64,000 bases of DNA, from contig JAMHWA010000018.1 in the NCBI GenBank assembly GCA_035911175.1, positions 73,500 to 137,499 on the forward strand, written 5' to 3'. Positions 27,397 through 38,974 of the stretch are shown here, piece by piece. How positions within the stretch are numbered: position 1 is the first letter of the stretch; each line of letters starts with the position of its first letter. Position numbers and translations under genes: made by a program. The notes under the pieces were generated by a model. That model ran no database searches, was not told where the DNA came from, and worked only from the letters and a program-made list of their open reading frames with translations. Source of the DNA: Alphaproteobacteria bacterium (GTDB lineage: Bacteria; Pseudomonadota; Alphaproteobacteria; Rickettsiales; UBA3002).

Positions 27397-27849
27397 CTAC
27401 TCGGGGCGAAACAGCATCGCGCCAAAAATAGACTCCACTTTCTTCGGCTTGCTGCCAACAGGCAACAAGCACTGGCGATAAAGAATCTTGCGCCCATCAT
27501 CGGCATAAAAATGATTGCTCTCGACTAATGGCTGGCGCGATTCCATCACCTGACGAAAATGGGGTGCAAGGTAAAATGCGTTCGGGCCGACAAGGTGTAA
27601 ATTATTCGGGTCAATCCCTGCGCGGGCGTAGGCCGCTGTAATTCCCTCGCCCAAATAGGTGAAGTTGAACTGCTCAATATGCTCGATATCCCGCGTTTGG
27701 AGCAAAAAACAATGGGGCCAATCCTCGCCTAACATGTCGGGGTCAATATCGACTTCATCGGGCATCACCCGACCACGGCACAGGCTTTCCCAGTAATTGT
27801 AAACCCGCTGGGTAATGCGTCGTTCAACAATCAGTCGCCCTTCATCCAT
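27397..27849 (-). CDS. PAS_5 (DUF1457)-like small PAS-fold protein, paralog 2
   Basis: Shares MP..VDIDP..LGEDWPHCFLLQ.RDI..I..FNFTYLGE.I...VGPNAF...HF...LYRQ.LLP with the adjacent gene. Confidence 0.6.
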   Translation of the reverse strand: MDEGRLIVERRITQRVYNYWESLCRGRVMPDEVDIDPDMLGEDWPHCFLLQTRDIEHIEQFNFTYLGEGITAAYARAGIDPNNLHLVGPNAFYLAPHFRQVMESRQPLVESNHFYADDGRKILYRQCLLPVGSKPKKVESIFGAMLFRPE

Positions 27850-27863
27850 TACTTCCCCGCAGG

Positions 27864-28328
27864 CTAGTCTATGATTTTATAGCTCATTCCACCGAAAATA
27901 GCCTCAATCACGCCCTGTGCTTGCCCAAGGGGCAGCAGCACCTGACGATAGAGCACTCTGCGCCCTTGCATGGTGGCAAACTCGCCTTCATCGAGCACGG
28001 GGGCTTTGCTATCGACCACTTTGCTGAAATGGGTGGAGAGGCGGAACGCATTGGGCCCCACCATGAATTGGTTATGCGCATCAAGCGACGCATCGAAATA
28101 GGCCTTCATGATGTTCTCACCCAGATAGGTGAAATTATAATCCTGAATATTATCGATATCCCGCGCCTGCAGCAGGAAGCAATGTCCCCAATCCGCACCC
28201 AGCTCTTCAGGGTCGAGGTCGTTTTCGACCGGCATCGCGCGCTGGCCACGTTTCTCATTCCAATACCGCAACAGCCGCGCGCTCAAGCGGCGCTCGCCGT
28301 AGGGATAGATGCTCGTTTCTTCGGTCAT
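27864..28328 (-). CDS. PAS_5 (DUF1457)-like small PAS-fold protein, paralog 1
   Basis: Paralog of 27397-27849; start codon overlaps the pstB stop (ATGA at 28325-28328). Confidence 0.6.
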   Translation of the reverse strand: MTEETSIYPYGERRLSARLLRYWNEKRGQRAMPVENDLDPEELGADWGHCFLLQARDIDNIQDYNFTYLGENIMKAYFDASLDAHNQFMVGPNAFRLSTHFSKVVDSKAPVLDEGEFATMQGRRVLYRQVLLPLGQAQGVIEAIFGGMSYKIID

Positions 28329-29101
28329 CCATACCTGCCCGTGATGTAATCCTTCGTTTGCTGATGGATGGGGGCTTCAAATATCTGCTCCGTCGCCCCC
28401 GTTTCCACCAGTTTACCCAGATGGAAGAATGCCGTCGTATCCGCCACGCGGCGCGCCTGCGCCATCGAGTGGGTCACGATGATGAGTGCATAATGCTCGC
28501 GCAGTTGGGCAATCAAATCCTCGACCTTACCGGTGGCGATGGGGTCGAGCGCGCTGCAAGGCTCATCCATCAAAATCACCTCGGGGCTCACGGCCATCGT
28601 GCGCGCAATGCACAAGCGCTGTTGCTGCCCACCCGAGAGGCCGGTGCCAGCAGCATCAAGGCGATCCTTCACCTCGTCCCACAGCGCCGCGCCGCGCAGG
28701 GCTTGCTCCACAATCGCATCCATATCCGCTTTGGTTTTTGCCAACCCGTGAATACGCGGGCCATAGGCCACGTTCTCATAAATCGACTTAGGGAAAGGGT
28801 TCGGCTTTTGGAACACCATGCCCACCCGCGCCCGCAGCAACACGGCGTCAAAGTCGGCGGCATAGATATCGCGGCCATCCAGCGTCAGACTGCCTGTAAT
28901 GCGGCAGCCCGGGATGAGGTCGTTCATGCGGTTGATACAGCGTAAGAATGTCGATTTCCCGCAACCCGAGGGGCCAATGAACGCCGTTACGCTATTTGGC
29001 ATAATATCAACCGACACGCCAAACAGCGCCTGCTTCGCGCCATAGAACACGTCGACATTATTAGCTTCGATGGTGGGGCGGGTTTCGGTCATCAATTCCA
29101 C
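28325..29101 (-). CDS. pstB: Phosphate ABC transporter ATP-binding protein
   Basis: [49 protein letters not shown]. Confidence 0.95.
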   Translation of the reverse strand: MELMTETRPTIEANNVDVFYGAKQALFGVSVDIMPNSVTAFIGPSGCGKSTFLRCINRMNDLIPGCRITGSLTLDGRDIYAADFDAVLLRARVGMVFQKPNPFPKSIYENVAYGPRIHGLAKTKADMDAIVEQALRGAALWDEVKDRLDAAGTGLSGGQQQRLCIARTMAVSPEVILMDEPCSALDPIATGKVEDLIAQLREHYALIIVTHSMAQARRVADTTAFFHLGKLVETGATEQIFEAPIHQQTKDYITGRYG

Positions 29102-30369
29102 GTTAGCTGAGATTTGTTGCGCAATCTAATCGCCACCCAGTTGAGAAGCAACAAAATGGCGAGCAAAACCAAAATGGCGGAGGAAGTTTTTTCAATAAAG
29201 CCCAATTCGGGGCTCGAAGCCCACATATAAATCTCAACTGGCATCACGGTGGCGGGGTCGGTTAAGCCTCGCGGCACATCCGCCACAAATGCCACCATGC
29301 CCACCATCAGCAACGGCGCACTCTCGCCCAGCGCGCGGCACACGCTCAAAATCGTTCCTGTCAAAATCCCCGGCAACGCATAGGGCAGCACATGGTGGCG
29401 CACCACTTGCAATGGCGTGGCGCCAAGCCCCGTCGCCGCATGGCGCATGCTTGGTGGCACCGCGCGAATCGCCGCACGGCCAGCAATAATCATCACCGGC
29501 ATAATCAGCATCGCAAGCGTCAGGCCGCCTACCAGTGGCGACGAGCGCGGCATGCCAAACCATTGCAGGTAGACCGATAAGCCCAGCAGCCCATAAATAA
29601 TCGAAGGCACCGCCGCGAGGTTATTGATAATCACCTCCAGCGCCTCGGCCACGCGCGTTTTACGCGCAAATTCCTCGAGCGTAATTGCCGCCGCAATGGA
29701 AATCGGCAAGGCCACCACCAAACACACCACCAGCGAGAGCAACGAGCCCACAATCGCCCCCATAAAGCCCGCTGCCTCAGGCGCACGGCTATCCCCACGT
29801 GTAAAGAAATCGGTATTGAAACGGTTACGCACGCGCCCGTCTTTCTGCCAACCGTCTACCCACGCTATCTGGCGGTCTTTCAATGGTCGCTGTGCCTCGG
29901 GCAAATTGCGGTCAATGCGGCCTTTAAGCAATTGGTCAACATTATCCGCCAGCGGTAGCGAAACCGTTATCACCTTGCCCCACTGATCTGGCTGCTTCAT
30001 CACCTGCCGCTTGGCATCGGCGGCGGCAAAGGTTCCCGCGAGAGATAAAAACTGGTGGCGCGTCACTTTATCTGTCAGCGCATCAGCTTGTGTTGCCTTC
30101 ATCGCAGCGTTGGTGAGCGTATAAAAATCCACCTGCGATGCATCCTCGCGCAATTGCTGCGCAATGGGCGCGGTGTCCAGTTCGAGCGTTATCTCATGCC
30201 GCATGAACCCGCTTATCCCAGGACGAATAATGGTGATGAGCAACACCACCAACATCAGCCCCGCAAAGGCCAGCCCCGCTATGCCATACGCCTTGAAGCG
30301 TGCCTCCGCACGGTAGCGCCGCGCGAGCCCAGCATTGATGGTGGCGGTGATGTCCGAAGCGTTACTCAT
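29092..30369 (-). CDS. pstA: Phosphate ABC transporter permease PstA (long N-terminal form)
   Basis: C-terminal permease core with [12 protein letters not shown]; position between pstC and pstB. Confidence 0.9.
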   Translation of the reverse strand: MSNASDITATINAGLARRYRAEARFKAYGIAGLAFAGLMLVVLLITIIRPGISGFMRHEITLELDTAPIAQQLREDASQVDFYTLTNAAMKATQADALTDKVTRHQFLSLAGTFAAADAKRQVMKQPDQWGKVITVSLPLADNVDQLLKGRIDRNLPEAQRPLKDRQIAWVDGWQKDGRVRNRFNTDFFTRGDSRAPEAAGFMGAIVGSLLSLVVCLVVALPISIAAAITLEEFARKTRVAEALEVIINNLAAVPSIIYGLLGLSVYLQWFGMPRSSPLVGGLTLAMLIMPVMIIAGRAAIRAVPPSMRHAATGLGATPLQVVRHHVLPYALPGILTGTILSVCRALGESAPLLMVGMVAFVADVPRGLTDPATVMPVEIYMWASSPELGFIEKTSSAILVLLAILLLLNWVAIRLRNKSQLTWN

Positions 30370-31306
30370 ATTGCTCCCGATATTTTTTCACGATGATTTG
30401 TGCAAACACATTCAGCAACAGTGTGAAGCAAAACAGCGTGAGGCCAAGGGCAAACGCCGCGAGGGTTTTGGGGCTATCGAATTCTTGGTCGCCGGTCAGC
30501 AACGTTACCATCTGCACCGTCACGGTCGTCACGGCCTCGAGCGGGTTTGCTGTCAGGTTCGCACTCAACCCCGCCGCCATCACCACAATCATCGTTTCAC
30601 CCACCGCGCGCGCCACCGCCAGCAGCACCGCACCCATAATGCCCGGTAATGCGGAGCGCAGCACCACGCGCTTGATGGTCTCGGATTTCGTGGCGCCCAA
30701 TCCATAGGATGCATCACGCAGACCGCGCGGCACCGCAGTCATCATGTCATCGCTGAGGGATGACACAAACGGGATGATCATAATCCCCATCACCAAGCCC
30801 GCAACCAACGCGCTTTCCGAAGCAATGGAAAGACCAACGCTCGCGCCGATGCCATGCAAAAACGGCGCAACGGTAATCACCGCAAAATAGCCATAGACCA
30901 CGGTGGGAATCCCCGCCAGCAACTCCAGCACCGGCTTGGCCGTACGGCGAAAACGGGGCGAGGCATATTCCGATAAATAAATTGCGCTCATCAAACCCAC
31001 CGGCACCGCGAGCAGCAGTGCAATCAGTGTAATCATGAAGGTGCCAGCCAGCAGCGGCAGCGCACCAAAGGCGCCACTTGCCCCCGCCTGATCAGCGCGC
31101 ATGGCTGTCTGCGGGCTCCATTGCACGCCAAACAGAAAATCAAAAAACGGCACATGCTGGAAGAACGCGATGGCCTCACTCACCACCGAATAAATAATCG
31201 CCGCTGTCACCAACACCGCGAACGCCGCCGATGCCCACATCAACGCCATCACTACACCCTCGGCGGGGCGGCGGCGGAAAGCGGCAATAGCAGCGCCCAT
31301 CGACAT
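30362..31306 (-). CDS. pstC: Phosphate ABC transporter permease PstC
   Basis: EAA-like loop RDASYGLGATKSETIKRVVLRSALPGI; operon context. Confidence 0.9.
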   Translation of the reverse strand: MSMGAAIAAFRRRPAEGVVMALMWASAAFAVLVTAAIIYSVVSEAIAFFQHVPFFDFLFGVQWSPQTAMRADQAGASGAFGALPLLAGTFMITLIALLLAVPVGLMSAIYLSEYASPRFRRTAKPVLELLAGIPTVVYGYFAVITVAPFLHGIGASVGLSIASESALVAGLVMGIMIIPFVSSLSDDMMTAVPRGLRDASYGLGATKSETIKRVVLRSALPGIMGAVLLAVARAVGETMIVVMAAGLSANLTANPLEAVTTVTVQMVTLLTGDQEFDSPKTLAAFALGLTLFCFTLLLNVFAQIIVKKYREQYE

Positions 31307-31309
31307 GAA

Positions 31310-32707
31310 TCAGCCCTCCCAAATCGGCAGATACACGGTGAAGCACGTCCCCTCACCCACCACGGAATCAACAAGGATGACACCGCGATGGCGCTGCACA
31401 ATGCCCTTCACGATGGCCAAGCCAAGCCCCGTGCCACCCACTTGGCGCGTGCGCGCGGAGTCAACACGGTAGAAGCGCTCCATCAGCCGTGGCAGATGCT
31501 GCTTGGGAATACCATCGCCTTGGTCGCGCACACTGAGCGCCACCACGCGGGTCAGGTTGCGCATGTTAATGTCCTGCGGCAATTCCGTCGTCACCTTGGC
31601 GCTAATCGTCACATCGGAATCGGCATGGCCATACTTGATGGCGTTGCTCACCAAATTATGCACCACCTGCGCCAGCTCGTTGCTCTCGCCTTTCACCTGC
31701 GGCAGGTTATCGTGCACATTGAGCACCAGCCGCACATTCTTCTCGGCAGCTAGGCGCTTGAGTATTTCGGCTTCCTTGCGCAGCACGTGGGCTAAATCCA
31801 TGGGCTCAGTCGGCACCGAGTGCACGTTCATCTCGATCTTGCTTAAGCTGAGCAAGTCGCCAATCAGCTGCTGCATGCGGTCGGATTGTTCGAGCATGAT
31901 TTTCAAAAACTCTATGCGTGCGGGCTCATCGTCGCGCGCGGGCCCGAGCAAGGTTTCCACAAACCCTTTAATGCTGGCCAGCGGCGTGCGCAGTTCGTGG
32001 CTGGCATTGGCCACGAAGTCGGCGCGCATTTGCTCGACGGCTTTCAGCTCCGTAATATCATTCATGGTGATGACGGTAGAAATCCCACCCGCGGTCGGCA
32101 CCGGAAAACGCTCGATGATGGCGAGGAAATCCCTCACCACGGGGTCTTCAATCCGAAATTCAATCTCGCGCCCCTTCAGGTCATTGATCACTGAAGAAAT
32201 CGCATCAATCAGGTAGGCGCTGCCAATCACATCCTTGAGCTGCTTACCCGCAAGGTTCTGGCCGAAGATGGCACGCGCCGCGCGGTTGGTGCGTACAATT
32301 TTCTTCTCATCATTCACCATGATGAGAATATCAGGCAACGTATCGACCAAAATCTCACGCTCGGTGATGATGGTCTCCATCTGTTTTTTCTTCACATCCC
32401 AACTGGCCTGCAATTTGCGCAACGCATCCGACAATTCCGCCGCCGAGCCCAGAAAACTTAAATCTGGTGCAGCGACACGCTTATCCTGAGCAATTTCGTT
32501 TACATAATGGGTGAGCGACGACACATTCGACAAAAATGGGTAGATAAGAAGCCCTGTGGCGATAAAAATCACCGCATAGGCATACATCATCTGCGCAAGG
32601 CTCAGCACGCCCAGAAAGACATCCAGTCCCAACACCACAAGGGCAGGGCTTGAAATCAAAAGCACCGATTTAAGCAGCGCATTAAACGAAACATAGGTCT
32701 TTTTCAT
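31310..32707 (-). CDS. phoR: Phosphate regulon sensor histidine kinase
   Basis: 2 TM + PAS + H-box [13 protein letters not shown] + N/G boxes; directly upstream of pstCAB; ATG at 32707 is preferred. Confidence 0.85.
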   Translation of the reverse strand: MKKTYVSFNALLKSVLLISSPALVVLGLDVFLGVLSLAQMMYAYAVIFIATGLLIYPFLSNVSSLTHYVNEIAQDKRVAAPDLSFLGSAAELSDALRKLQASWDVKKKQMETIITEREILVDTLPDILIMVNDEKKIVRTNRAARAIFGQNLAGKQLKDVIGSAYLIDAISSVINDLKGREIEFRIEDPVVRDFLAIIERFPVPTAGGISTVITMNDITELKAVEQMRADFVANASHELRTPLASIKGFVETLLGPARDDEPARIEFLKIMLEQSDRMQQLIGDLLSLSKIEMNVHSVPTEPMDLAHVLRKEAEILKRLAAEKNVRLVLNVHDNLPQVKGESNELAQVVHNLVSNAIKYGHADSDVTISAKVTTELPQDINMRNLTRVVALSVRDQGDGIPKQHLPRLMERFYRVDSARTRQVGGTGLGLAIVKGIVQRHRGVILVDSVVGEGTCFTVYLPIWEG

Positions 32708-32777
32708 GTCCCCACCATTCCCCAAATCGGTGACTTATGCAAGAAAAACGGGTGGTTACACCCCCTTATGTTTTGGG

Positions 32778-32805
32778 TTGACAGTTGGGCGGGCACGAGT
32801 ATATT
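32778..32805 (+). promoter_or_regulatory. Candidate sigma70 promoter for rplU-rpmA
   Basis: TTGACA (32778-32783), 16-nt spacer, TATATT (32800-32805). Confidence 0.4.
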
Positions 32806-32842
32806 CCCGCCTCCTTTTAACACAAAAACAAGAGAGCGCGCT

Positions 32843-33337
32843 ATGCACGCAGTTATTATTACCGGTGGCAAACAATATCGTGTAACCGCAGGCAGCATTA
32901 TCGAAGTTGAAAAACTCGAAGTGAATGTCGGCGATACCGTCAAAATCGACCAAGTTCTGGCGCTTTCGGGCGACAAAAACGTAATCGGCAGCCCTGTGGT
33001 TGCTGGTGCGCTGGTCGAGGCACAAGTGCTCGAGCAAGGTAAGGCTGACAAAGTGCTTATCTTCAAGAAAAAGCGCCGCCACAACTACCGCCGCAAAAAC
33101 GGCCACCGCCAGCGCTTCACGGCGCTCCACATCACCAGCATCTCGCTGAACGGCACCGCACTGGTTACCGCTGAGAAGCGTACACCAAAACCACGCGCTA
33201 CCACGCCTCAGCCCGAGGGCGCTGTTTCGGCCAAACCAGCCAAAGCTGCTGCCCCGAAAGCCAAAGCTGCCGTGAAACCAGCAGCGAAAAAGCCTGCTGC
33301 TGCTAAAAAACCTGCTGCTAAAAAAGCAGCGAAATAA
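32843..33337 (+). CDS. rplU: 50S ribosomal protein L21 with Ala/Lys/Pro-rich C-terminal extension
   Basis: MHAVIITGGKQYRVTAGSIIEVEKL canonical L21 start. The track ORF begins 75 nt earlier at a non-homologous ATG. Confidence 0.9.
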   Translation: MHAVIITGGKQYRVTAGSIIEVEKLEVNVGDTVKIDQVLALSGDKNVIGSPVVAGALVEAQVLEQGKADKVLIFKKKRRHNYRRKNGHRQRFTALHITSISLNGTALVTAEKRTPKPRATTPQPEGAVSAKPAKAAAPKAKAAVKPAAKKPAAAKKPAAKKAAK

Positions 33338-33362
33338 TTACGCGAACGAAGGAGTCTAAGTC

Positions 33363-33674
33363 ATGGCACATAAGAAAGCTGGTGGATCATCCCGCAACGG
33401 TCGCGATTCAGCAGGCCAGCGCCTCGGCGTAAAAAAATTCGGTGACGAGCAAGTTGTTGCTGGCAACATCATCATCCGCCAACGTGGCACCACCTACCAC
33501 CCTGGCGTGGGCGTTGGTTTGGGTCGTGACTACACGATCTTCGCGACGGTCGATGGCCAAGTGAAGTTCAGCAAAAAAGCTGGCAACAAGAACGTGGTGA
33601 ACGTGGTTGCTGCCGCCGCTGCTGCTACCGAAACTGCTAAAAAAGCACCTAAGAAAAAAGCTGCCGCCGCCTAA
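33363..33674 (+). CDS. rpmA: 50S ribosomal protein L27
   Basis: [29 protein letters not shown]... Confidence 0.95.
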   Translation: MAHKKAGGSSRNGRDSAGQRLGVKKFGDEQVVAGNIIIRQRGTTYHPGVGVGLGRDYTIFATVDGQVKFSKKAGNKNVVNVVAAAAAATETAKKAPKKKAAAA

Positions 33675-33693
33675 GCGCGCACTTCACACGTAA

Positions 33694-34788
<1,095 letters not shown>

Positions 34789-34794
34789 CGCGCG

Positions 34795-35175
34795 CTATTT
34801 TTTTGGTTTTTCCGCTGCTTCAGGCATCACTTCCTCAGCACGCACAAGGTTCGGGTACATGCTGAAAAACGGGATGCGCCAACCATAGACCTTGAAGCGA
34901 TAGCGCTTGCCCACGTCCAAATTCCCATACACGTCCGAGCTGTTATATTTCATGAACCAGCCCGCATCGTCGTTACGAAACACGCCTTGGTCGGTGAAAA
35001 TAAGGTAGGTGCTCTCCACCTTGTCATCCTTGCGCGAGGACTCCGTGGTGATTTGTTTATCCTTCACCAACACATTGTCAATGCTGCGCTGGGTCAGCCA
35101 TTGGTAGGGTGCATTGGTGAATAATAAGGAGATGAGAATCAGCAGCGGAATGGCAATAAGCAGGTATTTTTTCAT
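34795..35175 (-). CDS. DUF1523-like membrane-anchored protein
   Basis: N-terminal TM, then FRNDDAGWFMKYNSSDVYG...GWRIPFFSMYPN pattern. Confidence 0.5.
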   Translation of the reverse strand: MKKYLLIAIPLLILISLLFTNAPYQWLTQRSIDNVLVKDKQITTESSRKDDKVESTYLIFTDQGVFRNDDAGWFMKYNSSDVYGNLDVGKRYRFKVYGWRIPFFSMYPNLVRAEEVMPEAAEKPKK

Positions 35176-35296
35176 GGGTGCCTCGTTCAAGTAACGTGGC
35201 GCTTATACTACCCTCACGCGCATGCGTCGAGATTTTATCCCGCACCTTCTACCATTACCCTATTCACACCGCCCCATTCGCTGCTATAAGTCTTAC

Positions 35297-36412
35297 ATGA
35301 GTAAAACCCCCACATTGGCTACGGCCAAGCGCATCGTCATCAAAATCGGCAGCAGCTTGATTGCTGAGTCGGCGCGCCTGCGCGCAAGCTGGCTAGCGGC
35401 CATGGCGGCGGATATTGCAAGCCTGCACGCGGCAGGCAAAGAGATCATTTTGGTTTCTTCAGGCGCGGTGGCGCTAGGGCGTCCTCAAGTGGGCTTGGGC
35501 AGCCAAAAACTAAGCTTGGAAGAAAAACAAGCCGCCGCCGCTGCGGGGCAACCCCTACTCATTCAGGCATGGAGCAAAGCCTTCGCCGCGCACGATATTC
35601 ACGTCGCCCAATTACTGCTAACGCTCGATGACTCCGAGGATCGCCAGCGCTATCTCAACGCCCGCGCCACCTTCACCACGCTGCTGTCGCACAAGCTGAT
35701 TCCTATCGTGAACGAGAATGATTCCGTCGCCACGGCAGAGCTGAAGTTCGGCGATAATGACCGCCTCGCCGCCCGCGTTGCCGTCATGCTCGGGGCGGAT
35801 GTGCTCGTGCTGTTTTCCGATGTCGATGGGTTATATACAAAGAACCCAAGCCAGTTTTCCGATGCAGAGCATATCAAGCTCGTCAAAGATCTTACACCCG
35901 CCATCATGGCCATGGGTGGTGGTGCGGCAAGCAGCATCAGCAATGGTGGCATGAAAACTAAGCTGGAAGCCGCACAAATGGCCACCGCCAGCGGCTGCCA
36001 CATGGTCATTGCCAAGGGCACAGAAAAACACGCCTTATCACAACTTATCGAAGTGGGGCATGCCTCGTGGTTTGTCGCCGCTACCAAACCCCACCTTGCC
36101 CGCAAGGATTGGATCGCCTCGGCGGTCAAAATCAGCGGTAGCGTGACGGTGGATGCCGGTGCGATCAAGGCGCTGAAGGCAGGGAAAAGCTTGCTTCCCG
36201 CAGGCGTCACCGCTGTTTCAGGGAAATTCGAGCGCGGCGATATCATCGCTATTCATGAAGCTGGCGGTGCGCCTGTTGCAAAGGGCATCGCGGGCTATAA
36301 TGCCGCTGAAACTAAGCAAATTCGTGGCAAAAAGTCGGACGAGGTCGAGGGCATTCTCGGCTACTCACACCGCGACACGCTCATCCACCGCGACGATTTG
36401 GTGATGCTATGA
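35297..36412 (+). CDS. proB: Glutamate 5-kinase
   Basis: RIVIKIGSSL, VSSGAVALG, C-terminal PUA domain; ATG at 35297 is preferred. Confidence 0.95.
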   Translation: MSKTPTLATAKRIVIKIGSSLIAESARLRASWLAAMAADIASLHAAGKEIILVSSGAVALGRPQVGLGSQKLSLEEKQAAAAAGQPLLIQAWSKAFAAHDIHVAQLLLTLDDSEDRQRYLNARATFTTLLSHKLIPIVNENDSVATAELKFGDNDRLAARVAVMLGADVLVLFSDVDGLYTKNPSQFSDAEHIKLVKDLTPAIMAMGGGAASSISNGGMKTKLEAAQMATASGCHMVIAKGTEKHALSQLIEVGHASWFVAATKPHLARKDWIASAVKISGSVTVDAGAIKALKAGKSLLPAGVTAVSGKFERGDIIAIHEAGGAPVAKGIAGYNAAETKQIRGKKSDEVEGILGYSHRDTLIHRDDLVML

Positions 36413-36867
36413 AACCCCTCCAAACCATGTATGCGGGGCGGTTAGAGCGCGTGTTCGCCAACCTAATCGATAGCCTCATCCTCATCATCCCCAGCGGGCT
36501 AGTCGGCGCGCTGCTGGATGATACAGGGCTCACCACGCTCGCCACCTTTTTGCTCAGCCTTGGCTATTACACCCATTTCACTGCCTCAAGCTGGCAAGCA
36601 ACCCCTGGCAAACGCATCCTTGGAATCCATGTCGTCCGCACCGACCAGCGCGCCCTCACCCAGCGCGATGCGGTGGAACGTTTCTTGGCATTCAGCATCC
36701 CCAGCCTACCACTCTACACCAGCCTGCTCACGATGGAGCAAGCGCCCATGCTGGTTTTTTGGCTCAGCCTGATATGGTTCGCGCCTATTCTCTTCACTGC
36801 CGAGCGCATCGGCACGCATGACCGTTTATGCGGCACGCGAGTAATGGTCGGAAAGGTCGGCACATGA
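36409..36867 (+). CDS. RDD-family membrane protein
   Basis: R..ANLIDSLIL N-terminus, ATPGKRILGIHVVRTD, C-terminal HDRLCGTRV. Confidence 0.65.
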   Translation: MKPLQTMYAGRLERVFANLIDSLILIIPSGLVGALLDDTGLTTLATFLLSLGYYTHFTASSWQATPGKRILGIHVVRTDQRALTQRDAVERFLAFSIPSLPLYTSLLTMEQAPMLVFWLSLIWFAPILFTAERIGTHDRLCGTRVMVGKVGT

Positions 36868-38132
36868 CGAATATTAAACAAACCATGGAGCAGATGGGGC
36901 GTGATGCCCGTGTTGCTTCGCGTATACTTGCGCAGCTTTCTGCGCAAACCAAACAACGCGCCCTGCATGCCGTGGCCGCCAGCATCCGTGCGCATGCCGA
37001 ACATATTATGGCAGCAAATACGATTGATATGAATGCAGCCACGCACCTTTCCCCCGCCATGCGCGATCGCTTGTTGGTCGATGCAAAACGCATCGAGGGC
37101 ATCGCTTCGGGCGTCGCCAGCGTGGCCGATTTGGCCGACCCTGTCGGGCGCGTGCTGACGAGTTGGGATATCGATCATAGTGGTCTGCATTTCGAGAAAG
37201 TGGCGGTGCCCCTCGGTGTCATTGGCATCATCTATGAATCACGCCCCAACGTCACGGCGGATGCAGCGGCGATTGCGTTCAAAGCGGGCAACGCCGTCAT
37301 CCTGCGCGGCGGGTCAGAAAGTTTGCACACCAACCGTGCGATTTTAGCGGCGTTTCATGAAGGGCTCGCAGTCGAGAAAATATCGCCCACCGCGGCGCAA
37401 CTGGTGCCCACGACCGACCGCGAAGCCGTCGCCGAAATGCTGACAATGAACGACTACATCGACGTCATCATCCCCCGTGGTGGCAAAACCCTCACCACCC
37501 GCATCCGCGAGGAAGCACGCGTGCCCACGTTGCTGCACCTCGATGGCAACTGCCATATCTATGTCAGCGCACATGCCGATGCGGCCACCGCGCGCGCGGT
37601 CGTGCTGAACGCCAAAATGCGCCGCACAGGCATTTGCGGTGCACTCGAAACCTTGCTGATCGATCGCACAGTGATGAACACCATCGCCCCCACTCTTATT
37701 GCGGATTTGCTCGCCGCTGGTTGCGAATTGCGTGGCGACGACTCCATCCGCGCGCTCGATACACGCATTATTGCAGCAACGGATGAGGATTGGGTCACGG
37801 AATACCTCGCACCCATTCTCGCCATCAAAGTAGTGAACGGTGCGGACGAAGCAATTGCCCACATCAATCAGTATGGCTCACACCATACGGATGCGATCAT
37901 CACCGCCGATGCAGCCGAAGCCGAGCGCTTCATGGCCGAGGTAGATAGTGCCATCGTTCTCACCAATGCCAGCACCCAATTTGCCGATGGCGGCGAGTTC
38001 GGTTTTGGTGCCGAGATTGGCATTGCCACTGGCCGCCTGCATGCGCGTGGGCCTGTCGGTGCGCCTGAGTTGACCACCTATAAATACCGCGTCACCACCA
38101 CCAAGCCAAACGGGGCGGTGCGTGCGGGCTGA
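36864..38132 (+). CDS. proA: Gamma-glutamyl phosphate reductase
   Basis: Aldehyde-dehydrogenase fold, catalytic-Cys context RTGICGALETLLI, HHTDAIIT; ATGA overlap with the RDD stop. Confidence 0.95.
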   Translation: MTNIKQTMEQMGRDARVASRILAQLSAQTKQRALHAVAASIRAHAEHIMAANTIDMNAATHLSPAMRDRLLVDAKRIEGIASGVASVADLADPVGRVLTSWDIDHSGLHFEKVAVPLGVIGIIYESRPNVTADAAAIAFKAGNAVILRGGSESLHTNRAILAAFHEGLAVEKISPTAAQLVPTTDREAVAEMLTMNDYIDVIIPRGGKTLTTRIREEARVPTLLHLDGNCHIYVSAHADAATARAVVLNAKMRRTGICGALETLLIDRTVMNTIAPTLIADLLAAGCELRGDDSIRALDTRIIAATDEDWVTEYLAPILAIKVVNGADEAIAHINQYGSHHTDAIITADAAEAERFMAEVDSAIVLTNASTQFADGGEFGFGAEIGIATGRLHARGPVGAPELTTYKYRVTTTKPNGAVRAG

Positions 38133-38147
38133 TAACAACCGTCTCTC

Positions 38148-38265
38148 GAAGGGTTTATGATGAGGCGAGTTCTAGGAATGACCGCGCGCAACACCGCAGT
38201 GTAGCAGCGCTACATGAGGATGTGAGCACGGACATGACAACGAAATCGACCATCAGAAATCCTTC
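38148..38265 (+). repeat. Structured intergenic repeat, copy A
   Basis: Core CTAGGAATGACCGCGCGCAACACCGCAGTGTAGCAGCGCTACATGAGGATGTGAGCACGGACATGACAACGAAATCGACCA; outer helix GAAGGGTTTATGATG / CATCAGAAATCCTTC. Confidence 0.75.
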
Positions 38266-38872
38266 GCGCAAAATCGGTTTGCTCGGTGGCTCCTTCAACC
38301 CCGCCCACGAAGGTCACCTGCACATTTCGCTTGAAGCCTTGAAGCGTTTGCAGCTCGATGAAATCTGGTGGCTGGTTTCGCCCAAAAACCCACTCAAGAA
38401 AGCCGATGATTTGGCCGATTATACCCTGCGCCTCACCTTCGCGCGCGGGCTTGCCAATCACCCGCGCATCCGCGTGCTGGATGTCGAGCAGCGCGAGGGG
38501 CTTTACTACACCATCGACAGCATCCGTTTTTTGCAATCGCACCACCGTGATTGCAGCTTTGTGTGGCTCATGGGGGCGGATAATCTTGCTGGCTTTCATC
38601 GCTGGCGTAACTGGCGCGAGATTGCTTCGCGGCTGCCCATCGCCGTGCTCGACCGCGCACCCTATGGCATCAAGGCGTTGCACGCGCGCTTTGCAACTGC
38701 CTATGTGCACCACCGCCTGAGATCCGCCGAGGCTGCGCGTTTGGCGGATGCTGCAGCGCCGCAATGGGTCTATCTGTGCATCCCCCGACACCCACTCAGC
38801 GCCACCCTGTTGCGAAAAACGCTTGGAAGAAATGCTTTTTTGCGCCATACTGCGCCCGATAAAACCTCTTAA
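38234..38872 (+). CDS. nadD: Nicotinate-nucleotide adenylyltransferase
   Basis: IGLLGGSFNPAHEGH motif. Start uncertain: GTG 38222 or ATG 38234, both inside repeat copy A. Confidence 0.85.
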   Translation: MTTKSTIRNPSRKIGLLGGSFNPAHEGHLHISLEALKRLQLDEIWWLVSPKNPLKKADDLADYTLRLTFARGLANHPRIRVLDVEQREGLYYTIDSIRFLQSHHRDCSFVWLMGADNLAGFHRWRNWREIASRLPIAVLDRAPYGIKALHARFATAYVHHRLRSAEAARLADAAAPQWVYLCIPRHPLSATLLRKTLGRNAFLRHTAPDKTS

Positions 38873-38974
38873 GGAGTAACGGCTATTCCACCGCGCACCA
38901 CTGCTAAAAAGCCTGCTAGCTCTAGCAAAGCTACCTCGAAAAAAACCACTGCACCGAAATCGGTAGCAGCCAAA

